From a virus: a stretch of 58,057 bases of DNA. Both the position numbers and the translations under genes were made by a program. Below the pieces are notes generated by a model that saw only the letters and a list, made by a program, of their open reading frames with translations, ran no database searches and was not told the DNA's origin. Position 1 is the stretch's first letter. The number at the start of each line of letters is the position of its first letter. Positions 24,291-31,993 of this stretch are shown here, piece by piece. The stretch lies in IMG/VR virus record IMGVR_UViG_3300018914_000025; one strand, given 5' to 3'.

Positions 24291-25232
24291 ATGTTGCAAC
24301 AACCACGCAAGCTCAAACGATTGGTCATCAAGGAGGAATTCCTGCAGCTCACCGGTGATTACATATCGGCGATCATCCTGCACCAATTCCTCTACTGGTC
24401 GAACTACGTCTACGAGGCTGACAAACTGGCGCTCGCTCAGTGGGAAAAAGAAAAAGCCGGCGGGCGCGAAACGAAAAAGCCCGAGATGCGGAACGGCTGG
24501 GTCTGGAAGAGCGCAAAGGAAATGAACGAGGAACTGTTGGAGATCGCCAGTGACAAAACGATCGAGCGCCGGATCAAAGGTTTGATCGAGCTCGGTGTGC
24601 TGGAGACCAGAAAAAATCCGAATAACCAGTGGGACAAGACCCTACAGTACCGGGTGCTGATCCCTGAACTTCAAAGGAAGCTGCAAGAGCTGGGTTACGC
24701 GCTGGAAGGATACCCGCTGCTCGTAGAATCTGCGCCGTTACCGAATCGTCAGGATGACGAATCGATTCAGAACGATGTTGACGAATCGATTGGACAGGAT
24801 GACGAATCAGTCGGACAACCTGTCTCCCCCATTGGACAAAATGACGAATCAATTGGACAGAATGACGAAGCAATAACAAATATTACTTCAAAAAGAACTA
24901 CAAAAGAGTCTTTCAAAAAATCTTTTGATGATGAATTAAATAAAAAAGAGGGGCAGGCCCCTCCCCCTGTTCGGCAGCTGAACGAAAAAATCATAAGCGC
25001 CTTTGAGGAAGTCGCGTTTACCCGTGGTTTTCCGCGAAAGTTCTTCCCGCAGGTTCGAGAAGCCTTGCTGCAGGCTGATTTCCTGCATGAATTCAGCGTG
25101 CTGTCTACAGCCTTAAACAAAACGATAAAAGCGATCGAGTCTGGATCCTGCACCGACCCGGCGGCCTACCTCCTAAAAGTTCTGGATAGCGATTACGATT
25201 CGTTCCGCCGATTGATGGGAGATCAGGTATAG
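24291..25232 (+). CDS. Putative replication initiator/organiser (winged-helix-like N-terminus, DESIGQ repeat linker)
   Basis: First gene after the DnaA-box/AT-rich element; carries internal 21-bp DNA iterons; N-terminus (..IERRIKGLIELGVLETRKNP..) looks like a wHTH. No catalytic motif recognised. Confidence 0.5.
   Translation: MLQQPRKLKRLVIKEEFLQLTGDYISAIILHQFLYWSNYVYEADKLALAQWEKEKAGGRETKKPEMRNGWVWKSAKEMNEELLEIASDKTIERRIKGLIELGVLETRKNPNNQWDKTLQYRVLIPELQRKLQELGYALEGYPLLVESAPLPNRQDDESIQNDVDESIGQDDESVGQPVSPIGQNDESIGQNDEAITNITSKRTTKESFKKSFDDELNKKEGQAPPPVRQLNEKIISAFEEVAFTRGFPRKFFPQVREALLQADFLHEFSVLSTALNKTIKAIESGSCTDPAAYLLKVLDSDYDSFRRLMGDQV
24756..24880. repeat. Iteron array inside the initiator-like gene (GACGAATCrrTyGGACA)
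   Basis: Copies start at 24756, 24780, 24801, 24843 and (degenerate) 24864, with a half-copy at 24831. Spacing is 24/21/42/21 bp. Confidence 0.75.
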
Positions 25233-25287
25233 TTCTCGCTTTCCGCGTCAATCCTTGTACCAAACGATTCGGAAAGGTCGGGATTGT

Positions 25288-25413
25288 ATGGCAAAGTGCG
25301 TACTTTGCGGAGAGAAGACATCAGCAAAAGGCTTTGCTGCACGCGGCGGGCAGTGCGTTCCGTGTCAGAAAGTGATGCGGAAGATGATCAACAGCCTAAA
25401 GAAACAGGGCTAA
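25288..25413 (+). CDS. Small zinc-ribbon protein (41 aa), tentative
   Basis: Hand translation: MAKCVLCGEKTSAKGFAARGGQCVPCQKVMRKMINSLKKQG* with two CxxC pairs and a GAAAGG RBS. Confidence 0.35.
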   Translation: MAKCVLCGEKTSAKGFAARGGQCVPCQKVMRKMINSLKKQG

Positions 25414-25739
25414 TCGAGAAACATATACTCGATCCGCTTGTTGTCCACGATCACGGGAGAGACGCGGTATTTCGGGTTTTTGTTGAACTTGTTCTGTACA
25501 TACTGCACGAAGTCCTGAGAGTTTACACAAGTCTTGATTATGTATTCTGCGAGGCTGGTTTTGGTCATCCCGCAGCTCGTCGCGAGCATTTCGAGTTTGG
25601 TGTGCGTGTCCGCGCAAAGACCCGGATTAACTCGGTGCTTTTTATCCGATCGGGTCTTTCTTACAGGTATGTGTTGGGCCTCCCCCACTCGTTTTTGCAC
25701 GGCAGATACCCCCTCTTTTGCTGCATATCTCAGTAACAC
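25410..25739 (-). CDS. Putative DNA-binding protein (ribbon-helix-helix-like), tentative
   Basis: 109-aa ORF; KKHRVNPGLCADTHTKLEMLATSCGMTKTSLAEYIIKTCV resembles a strand-helix-helix layout; palindrome in its upstream region. Confidence 0.35.
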   Translation of the reverse strand: MLLRYAAKEGVSAVQKRVGEAQHIPVRKTRSDKKHRVNPGLCADTHTKLEMLATSCGMTKTSLAEYIIKTCVNSQDFVQYVQNKFNKNPKYRVSPVIVDNKRIEYMFLD

Positions 25740-25746
25740 TGTTCAT

Positions 25747-25763
25747 GTGTTACGGTGTAACAC
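25747..25763. promoter_or_regulatory. Palindrome GTGTTACggtGTAACAC
   Basis: 7+3+7 perfect palindrome just upstream of the 25739 start. Confidence 0.4.
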
Positions 25764-25920
25764 TTTTACAGCATCCTATGAGGGGGTCCGCAGGGGTAGA
25801 ACAAAAAACCGCACCTCATCGGTACGGCTCGAAGAACTTTTCCCAGCTGTAATACCGGGCGGTGTTATGACGTCTTTCCCAGATACGATGCGCGAGATAC
25901 GCGAGCAGGATCGCGGTTTT

Positions 25921-26040
25921 CATGGTTTCAGCACCTCTCCTTCCCATGAATTGATGAGCGTAAGTGCTACTGTTTCGTCAAACCCATCTTCGTTTCGGGC
26001 GAGTTCAAGCAACAGGGAAATAAGCTCCCAATCAATCATA
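25921..26040 (-). CDS. Small ORF (39 aa) coupled to the replication-relaxation gene
   Basis: MIDWELISLLLELARNEDGFDETVALTLINSWEGEVLKP*. Its AAGGAGG RBS overlaps the upstream stop. The frame stays open and protein-like for 34 more codons after the TGA. Confidence 0.3.
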
Positions 26041-26053
26041 GTTTCACACCTCC

Positions 26054-26635
26054 TTAACCCGTTTTCCCCTGCTGCAGCAGGTCGGTGATGCTGCGGAGCT
26101 GATACACCCGGAACGGCAGGCCATCCGGCACCGGGATCCGGTACTCTGTCAGGATGATTAGCCAGGGAAACACCGGAAACAGACCTTTGTGGAACAGCGT
26201 GCGGTACCGGGCGAACTTATCCTGCCACACAGCCGGCGTGAACTGGTTACGTTGCACTTCGATAATCAGTGGCCGGCCTACCCAAACAGCGAACGCATCC
26301 GGCTCCGGTAACCCTTTTCCGTACTTCGGCTCCGGAACGAACGTCTCCGGCGGCCGCAGCTCCGCCAGCTGGTGGTACACGGCGGCGATCTCCAGATAGT
26401 GCGGGATCTTTTGAGAGTCCTTTTTGATTGGGGACGGCTTCACCGCGTAGACGAACGGAGCGCGCGTGGTGATCACTTCCACCTCCCCGCGGTCCCGCAG
26501 GCGGCGAAGTACCCGGTTGGCCGCGTTCACGCCGTCCCTGACACCTTTGAAATGCAGCTTGATGATGTCGTCCCGGGATAGGCACCGGAAGCGCTCCAGG
26601 TCTTTCAGGATTGCTTTGTCACGTTGTTGTCGCAT
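26054..26635 (-). CDS. Replication-relaxation family protein (Replic_Relax-like wHTH)
   Basis: N-terminus ILKDLERFRCLSRDDIIKLHF...ANRVLRRLRDRGEVEVI matches the family pattern; sits directly after an FtsK/SpoIIIE ATPase, as is typical. Confidence 0.65.
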   Translation of the reverse strand: MRQQRDKAILKDLERFRCLSRDDIIKLHFKGVRDGVNAANRVLRRLRDRGEVEVITTRAPFVYAVKPSPIKKDSQKIPHYLEIAAVYHQLAELRPPETFVPEPKYGKGLPEPDAFAVWVGRPLIIEVQRNQFTPAVWQDKFARYRTLFHKGLFPVFPWLIILTEYRIPVPDGLPFRVYQLRSITDLLQQGKTG

Positions 26636-28047
26636 GTGGCAGCAGCCTCCCCGTTCATGAGTTCTTCCACGAGTCTCCGCAGCTCGTCGCTTTCCTGTTT
26701 GGTCAGCTCAACCTCTGGCGTGATTTCCGGGTTGACCCGGACATACAGTGGTTTCTTTTTGTGGCCGGCATAGCGCCGCCGTACCTCATCCAGCTGGGCG
26801 CGCGCCTCCTGCGGCGAGATCCACGGCGTCTGAACTTCATCCATGTCCAGCGCTGCCTTCACGTAGCAGCGTCCCTTCACATTGATGTGTGCCGCATCCG
26901 GTGTACCCAGAAACATCGTGCTGTTCATGTCGTCGCTCATTCGGTAGGAGATCCGGACGTTCAGGTTGTTCTTCAGCTTACCGTCCATCACTTCCCGGTC
27001 AACCCGCTGCTGGGAGAGGATCAAGAAGATGCCGAGGCTTCGCCCCATCTGGCCGATCTCCTCCAGCACTTCATGCACCGCAGTCTCCCCTTCCAGACTG
27101 GCGACTTCATCGATGCACACCACGACAAACGGCAATCGCTCTCCGGTCATTTCCTCGTATTCCTGCTGATCGATTGCTCCGGCTTCATAAAACAGCTCCT
27201 GCCGGTACACCAGGATGTTGTGAACCTCGGCCAGCATGGCCGCCACTTCTGCCCGGCGAACTGCGATCTTCCCCTCAACGTGCGGCACGCTGCGGTACAT
27301 CCCGAACTCCGACATCTTCATATCGCCAAGGAACAGCCGGAGCCGATCCGGCGAATACGTCTGCAGCCAGCTGTTGAGCATACAGCGCAGGGCCGTTGAC
27401 TTCCCCCACCCGGTAACGCCCACCAGACCGACGTGCGGCTGCTTCTGCAGGTCGATCGCCACGCTGCCGCCGTCGGACTCCCCGACGTACAGCGCGAACC
27501 CGCCGGCGCTCTCCATCGCTTTCTGTGCGACCTCCAGCGAGTACGGAATCGTTCCGGGTAGCGCCACGGGAACTGCCAGCCGGTAACGCCCGGCGCCGTC
27601 GTTGATCAGTTTGGCTGTCGAACCGAACACATTTTGGAACACCCATGAGCGCTGTTCAATCATGGCCGGGTCCATCCCGGTCGGCAGCTTCAACGATACG
27701 GATATGCCCTGCTCGTTCTGCGTCACGCGCTCGATCGTCGGGAATACCCGGTACGGCTTCATCTTTCCGTCTCCCAGATCCCGGCGCTCTCTGGTCAGAT
27801 GGATGCCAGCCTGGATGAACGCGTCTGTGAGGCGCTCTTTTACCCGGACGGTTGGGTCAATCAGCCGCGGCAACCGGAGCGCGCCGTAGGCGGCCACAGA
27901 GGCCCCTGTGAGCGTTTTGGCGAGCAGATAGACACCATCAGCCACCCACCGGGTCGGTGCGCCCGCCAGCGTTCCTCCGAACAGCTCCAGAAACACATCC
28001 CGGCATAGATCCTCCAGCTCGTTGTCGAGCCACTTGAAAACATTCAC
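26605..28047 (-). CDS. FtsK/SpoIIIE-family DNA translocase ATPase
   Basis: Walker A GLVGVTGWGKST, Walker B FVVVCIDEVASL, followed by RSLGIFLILSQQR. Confidence 0.9.
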   Translation of the reverse strand: MNVFKWLDNELEDLCRDVFLELFGGTLAGAPTRWVADGVYLLAKTLTGASVAAYGALRLPRLIDPTVRVKERLTDAFIQAGIHLTRERRDLGDGKMKPYRVFPTIERVTQNEQGISVSLKLPTGMDPAMIEQRSWVFQNVFGSTAKLINDGAGRYRLAVPVALPGTIPYSLEVAQKAMESAGGFALYVGESDGGSVAIDLQKQPHVGLVGVTGWGKSTALRCMLNSWLQTYSPDRLRLFLGDMKMSEFGMYRSVPHVEGKIAVRRAEVAAMLAEVHNILVYRQELFYEAGAIDQQEYEEMTGERLPFVVVCIDEVASLEGETAVHEVLEEIGQMGRSLGIFLILSQQRVDREVMDGKLKNNLNVRISYRMSDDMNSTMFLGTPDAAHINVKGRCYVKAALDMDEVQTPWISPQEARAQLDEVRRRYAGHKKKPLYVRVNPEITPEVELTKQESDELRRLVEELMNGEAAATCDNNVTKQS

Positions 28048-28172
28048 ACAATTCAGCCCCCTTCGGCCCCGAACTCCCGCGGCGCGCTCCGCTTGCCACG
28101 TTCGTTCTTAACAAATAGTCGCTTCCTCGCTGTCATGCGGCTTTGAGGCTTGATTACTGCTGTAGGCTTATG

Positions 28173-28209
28173 GCGGTAGGTAGTGCATCAATTGGTGCGG
28201 TAGCTAGTG
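28173..28209. repeat. Two 13-bp direct repeats GCGGTAG(G/C)TAGTG, 24 bp apart
   Basis: Copies at 28173-28185 and 28197-28209 in the 268-bp non-coding region upstream of the FtsK-like gene. Confidence 0.5.
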
Positions 28210-28315
28210 TGGTAACAGCGTATGGGGGTCCGATTGTCCATAATTCCGATTTTTCTCGGGGATTCGCTGTATTTTTTTCGGATATTTGGTCAAGGCTGGC
28301 TACTGAGGTGATGAA

Positions 28316-28540
28316 ATGTTTGGACTCGGGAAGAAAAGATCAAAATTGGGAAAGTGGCTGGACGATCGGGGAATCAGACAATCATGGTTGGCGCAGCAAT
28401 CGAGGGTCAGCGAGGACACGATCACAGCTCTTTGCAGGGATGATCATAAGCTGCCGTCCGGTACGACGATGAAAAAGATTCTGCAGGCGCTCCGGAAGGT
28501 TGATCCGAAAGTGAAGCAGGAGGATTTCTGGACAATGTGA
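28316..28540 (+). CDS. Small HTH DNA-binding protein
   Basis: LGKWLDDRGIRQSWLAQQSRVSEDTITALCRD; terminator follows. Confidence 0.6.
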   Translation: MFGLGKKRSKLGKWLDDRGIRQSWLAQQSRVSEDTITALCRDDHKLPSGTTMKKILQALRKVDPKVKQEDFWTM

Positions 28541-28543
28541 AAG

Positions 28544-28571
28544 CCGATCAAATGATCGGTCTTTATTTTTT
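28544..28571 (+). terminator. Rho-independent terminator
   Basis: CCGATCA aa TGATCGG hairpin followed by TCTTTATTTTTT. Confidence 0.6.
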
Positions 28572-28698
28572 ATGGCAATTGTTTTGTAGTTTTAATAAAA
28601 CTATAATAAAAAACTGTTGCCAAATGCTTCTTGCGGGGGTAATATTGAATCAATAGTAGAATTTTAATAAAAATACATTGAATTCGGAGGGGTATTAC

Positions 28699-29715
28699 AT
28701 GATAGTTTTGGGGATCGACCACGGAAATGGAAATGTAAAGGGGTACAGCGCGGAAAAATCACTGCTGCTTCCGTCTGCTTACGCAAGACCAGAGGACTTC
28801 AGCGAGGAGGGGCTGGCAAAGAAAGAATTGGACCTGCATCAGTATAGCTCCGCTAAGTTTGAAGGGGAGACCTATCTGTGGGGCAAAGATGTGCTGGAGG
28901 CTAGCAAGCTCATTACTACATACGCAGCTCAAAATCGATATGCGGAAAAGTCGTACCGACTGCTTTCCGAGTTTGCGATCGCGTCTTTGCTGCCTTCAGG
29001 GCAAGGGAACACTTTTGACAATGTAATGCTGGTAACAGGCTGCCCAAGCCGTGAGAAGGGGACTAAATCGGAAGAGAATCTGAAAAACGTATTCGCTGGC
29101 GGTCATGTGGTAAAGGTTGACGGGCGCGATTTGGTCATCCATGTAACAAGCGTTGTTGTTCTCCCACAGCCTCTTGGAACGGTGGCGTCGTTGTATCTTG
29201 ATGTCCAGGGTTACGTTCTCGACGATAGCTACGAGGAGAGCTATGTAGCCGTCATCGACATCGGCAGTGGCACCACGGACATCGACGGCATCAAAGCGCT
29301 GAATCGTCAAATCGAGGATACCGATACTATTCCGATGGGCATGTTTGATGCTTATCAAAAGATTGCAGATTACGTCAATGATCAAATGCCGGAGGCGCTG
29401 GCGACGCCTGACAAAGTGGAGCGTCAAATTCTGAATGGCTCCGATTCGTATAAAGTTAGCCAACGAGCAAGTGTAGATATAACTGACATCAAATCGAAGG
29501 CGTTCCGAGAGCTTGCTGAGGATCTGACCAACGGCATAAACAAACGCTGGAAAAATCGGGCGAAGTTTGACAAACTGCTGCTCACTGGAGGCGGTGCGAA
29601 ACCGCTGGCTGACCACTTCAAGAATTGGGATAAAGATGTAATCGTAGTGGAGAATGCACAGCAAGCAAACGCCGCAGGGTTTTATCGATACGGAGTCATG
29701 ATGGCTAGGGGGTAA
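28699..29715 (+). CDS. parM: ParM/StbA-like actin-fold partition ATPase
   Basis: Phosphate-1 VLGIDHGNGNVKG, phosphate-2 VIDIGSGTTD, adenosine-motif LLLTGGGA; GGAGGGG RBS before this ATG. Confidence 0.85.
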   Translation: MIVLGIDHGNGNVKGYSAEKSLLLPSAYARPEDFSEEGLAKKELDLHQYSSAKFEGETYLWGKDVLEASKLITTYAAQNRYAEKSYRLLSEFAIASLLPSGQGNTFDNVMLVTGCPSREKGTKSEENLKNVFAGGHVVKVDGRDLVIHVTSVVVLPQPLGTVASLYLDVQGYVLDDSYEESYVAVIDIGSGTTDIDGIKALNRQIEDTDTIPMGMFDAYQKIADYVNDQMPEALATPDKVERQILNGSDSYKVSQRASVDITDIKSKAFRELAEDLTNGINKRWKNRAKFDKLLLTGGGAKPLADHFKNWDKDVIVVENAQQANAAGFYRYGVMMARG

Positions 29716-29718
29716 ATT

Positions 29719-29949
29719 ATGGCAAATCGCATTTACCAACTATCATTGAATGAGGATCTCGATAAGGACATACTGGAGATCTTGGACTCGTTGCCGCGAT
29801 CCCGAAAAGCTGAATGGGTCCGGCAAATGATTCGAAACGGGATGAAGCTTGAAAGAGGGGAACTGGCGGTAGTCCCCGCTGTACAGCCAACAATAAACCC
29901 AGATCCGCCGGTCCAGAAAAAGAAGGGGAAGCCCTTTGGAATAGAATAA
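29719..29949 (+). CDS. ParR-like ribbon-helix-helix partition adaptor, tentative
   Basis: 76-aa ORF 3 nt after parM; N-terminus RIYQLSLNEDLDKDILEIL fits a beta-strand plus helix; basic tail. Confidence 0.55.
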   Translation: MANRIYQLSLNEDLDKDILEILDSLPRSRKAEWVRQMIRNGMKLERGELAVVPAVQPTINPDPPVQKKKGKPFGIE

Positions 29950-29954
29950 GTCCT

Positions 29955-29985
29955 GAAACCCGGATCTCCCCGGGTTTTTTCTTTT
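29955..29985 (+). terminator. Rho-independent terminator after the partition genes
   Basis: GAAACCCGG..CCGGGTTT hairpin followed by TTTTTCTTTTTC. Confidence 0.8.
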
Positions 29986-30064
29986 TCAAAAATTGATGCA
30001 CTTTCGACAAAATTCGAGTATATTCGATATTGTTATTAACTTCGCGGAGGCGTTAACCTACAGC

Positions 30065-31405
30065 ATGAATATACTCAATTTTTTGTTCATTGCAGTGCCA
30101 GAAGGGCTAGTTTCAATCGCGCTGGGGATGTCCGTGTTCAACATGTCGGTAAGACAAAACGTGAAGGGGTGGCTTGCTGCAGGTGTTTTGTTCGGGGGCG
30201 GCAGCTTCACTCTGACAGCGATGCACGTTCCATATGAGCCGAAAATCTTCACGTTGTTCCTGTACTTGTGCCTGCTGGTGTACATCCTCGTCGTACGCAA
30301 GGTGTGGCTTGCTGTATTGATCTCCTGTACGGCGTACGCCGCGGTGAATGCCGCTGAGTTCATCATCCTGGAGGCGTTCAACGTATTCCGGATCAGCCTC
30401 GATGCGATCCTGGCGAATCCCGTGTACCTGTATTTGGCTGTATGGTCTTATCTCTTCATCCTACTCACCGTGACAATCGTTCTCCGAAAACTCCGCTTCG
30501 ACCTGCAAAACCTGTTTCCCAAGAAAGAGATCAACCGCTATCTGCTGTGGATGGTGTTGGCCGGGGGAGTGGAATTTTTCATCCTGTCAGTCCTTCTTAC
30601 TCGATACTTCCTGCAGCAAACGAACACATCAAGCATGCTCACAGTACTGAACGTCCCGGTACTGCTTGTAACGAGTTTTGTGCTCTTCATCGCGTTGATC
30701 TTCCTGTTCCGCAAGTACCTGATGCTGACCGTCGACAGGGCCGTGGAAGAGGCCGAGGCTCCGTACACGAAAAACCTGACCGATCTCTCTATTGCAGTCC
30801 GATCGATCAAACACGACTCCATGTCGCACTACCAGACGATCCTGGGATTCATCAAGCTGCGGCGGTATGACATGGTGGAAGAATACATACGGCACCTCGC
30901 TGACGAGGCCCGTGACCTGATCAAGATTGTGCAGGAGGTAAAAAACCCGGTTGTCGCAGCGCTGTTGTACGGGAAAATGCAACAGTTTACAGCTAATCAG
31001 ATCGACTTCCAGGTCCGGATACAAGAGGGCATTTCCCAGCTGGAGGGCTGGCGCGACATCGACATCGCCAAGGTGCTGGGGAACCTGCTGGATAACGCCG
31101 TGATGGCCGCTCTGAAGGTCGACGAGAGTGTCCGGTATATCCGGATGGAATGGGGCGTTGTCGGAGGGGATGAGTACCTGTACATCGAAAACAGTGGGCC
31201 GACGATCGGCCCCGATCAACTGGACCGGATCTTCGACCTCGGCTATACGACCCGCGAGTCGGGAAGGGGAGGGGTAGGCCTGGCTGTCGTAAAGGCCGTC
31301 GTCACCAAGTACAAGGGGACCGTCAAAGTTCGCTCGGAAGACGGACTGACGAGCTTCACAATCACAGTCCCAGCTGGGGAGAAAACAAAAACCGCTTCGG
31401 CATAG
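30065..31405 (+). CDS. AgrC/ComD-like (HPK10-type) membrane sensor histidine kinase
   Basis: About 6 predicted TM helices; H-box SIKHDSMSHYQTILGFI, N-box LGNLLDNAVMAA, G-box GRGGVGLAVVKAVV. Start at MNILNF after GCGGAGG (ORF track starts at 29993). Confidence 0.9.
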   Translation: MNILNFLFIAVPEGLVSIALGMSVFNMSVRQNVKGWLAAGVLFGGGSFTLTAMHVPYEPKIFTLFLYLCLLVYILVVRKVWLAVLISCTAYAAVNAAEFIILEAFNVFRISLDAILANPVYLYLAVWSYLFILLTVTIVLRKLRFDLQNLFPKKEINRYLLWMVLAGGVEFFILSVLLTRYFLQQTNTSSMLTVLNVPVLLVTSFVLFIALIFLFRKYLMLTVDRAVEEAEAPYTKNLTDLSIAVRSIKHDSMSHYQTILGFIKLRRYDMVEEYIRHLADEARDLIKIVQEVKNPVVAALLYGKMQQFTANQIDFQVRIQEGISQLEGWRDIDIAKVLGNLLDNAVMAALKVDESVRYIRMEWGVVGGDEYLYIENSGPTIGPDQLDRIFDLGYTTRESGRGGVGLAVVKAVVTKYKGTVKVRSEDGLTSFTITVPAGEKTKTASA

Positions 31406-31420
31406 GCCGGGCGGTTTTCT
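31388..31420. terminator. Bidirectional terminator between convergent units
   Basis: AAACCGC...GCGGTTT hairpin with T-runs on both strands (TTTTCTTC on plus, TTTTTGTTTTC on minus). Confidence 0.65.
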
Positions 31421-31762
31421 TCAAGTCTTTTCGACTTTCACGATTCGGGCAACGTCAATCCACCAGAAATCGTCATCGTTTACCAGCTTGATCTGCCGGC
31501 GAGAGGCGTCAATACGCTGTACCCATCCCCACGCGCGCTCAATGCGGCCAAGGTGCCCTTTGATCGGCTTGAACCAAGAGACGCTCACCGCGAAGTCGTG
31601 CCGCACCGAATCGTACAGCGTGAGGTTCATTTCGGCGAGCTCGTCGTCCTCCAGGATAGGCTGCGTGACCAGCGTCTTTTCATAAGCATGCTGCGCGAGC
31701 GCTTCGGCATGCTCCGGAAGGAAAAAGGCCATCGAGCCGAAGATGTCATCAATTTTTCCCAT
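31421..31762 (-). CDS. YolD-like protein
   Basis: FFLPEHAEAL...PILEDDELAEMNLTLYDS...VSVSWF...GRIERAWGWVQRID...IKLVND...IDVARIVKVE matches the YolD-like pattern. Confidence 0.6.
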   Translation of the reverse strand: MGKIDDIFGSMAFFLPEHAEALAQHAYEKTLVTQPILEDDELAEMNLTLYDSVRHDFAVSVSWFKPIKGHLGRIERAWGWVQRIDASRRQIKLVNDDDFWWIDVARIVKVEKT

Positions 31763-31946
31763 GACGTTCCTCCAGCCAGCCGATCGAAATCAAGTCGCGA
31801 ATGACTTCCTCCGGGCACTCAGACCGTCTACCAGAGCGAATATACTCCATCGCCACCAGATGCTGCGGCGTCAATACAGGCAGGAGCTCCAGACGGCCGT
31901 CAACAACAGCACTGATTCTTTCCATGAGACCACCCTTTACGAACAT
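31749..31946 (-). CDS. hypothetical protein
   Basis: 65-aa ORF overlapping the YolD-like gene start by 14 nt. Confidence 0.4.
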   Translation of the reverse strand: MFVKGGLMERISAVVDGRLELLPVLTPQHLVAMEYIRSGRRSECPEEVIRDLISIGWLEERHGKN

Positions 31947-31993
31947 TTGTTCCTATTGTAGACCACGGAAAGAAAAAAAGAAAGCCCCACTTT

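Noticed and set aside
24198-24386. 62-aa minus-strand ORF overlapping the initiator-like gene start.
   Set aside because: No RBS. It overlaps the better-supported plus-strand gene and its leader.
28143-28472. 109-aa plus-strand ORF upstream of and overlapping the small HTH gene.
   Set aside because: No RBS. It overlaps the better HTH ORF (28316-28540) in another frame, and its 5' part covers the non-coding leader with the 13-bp direct repeats.
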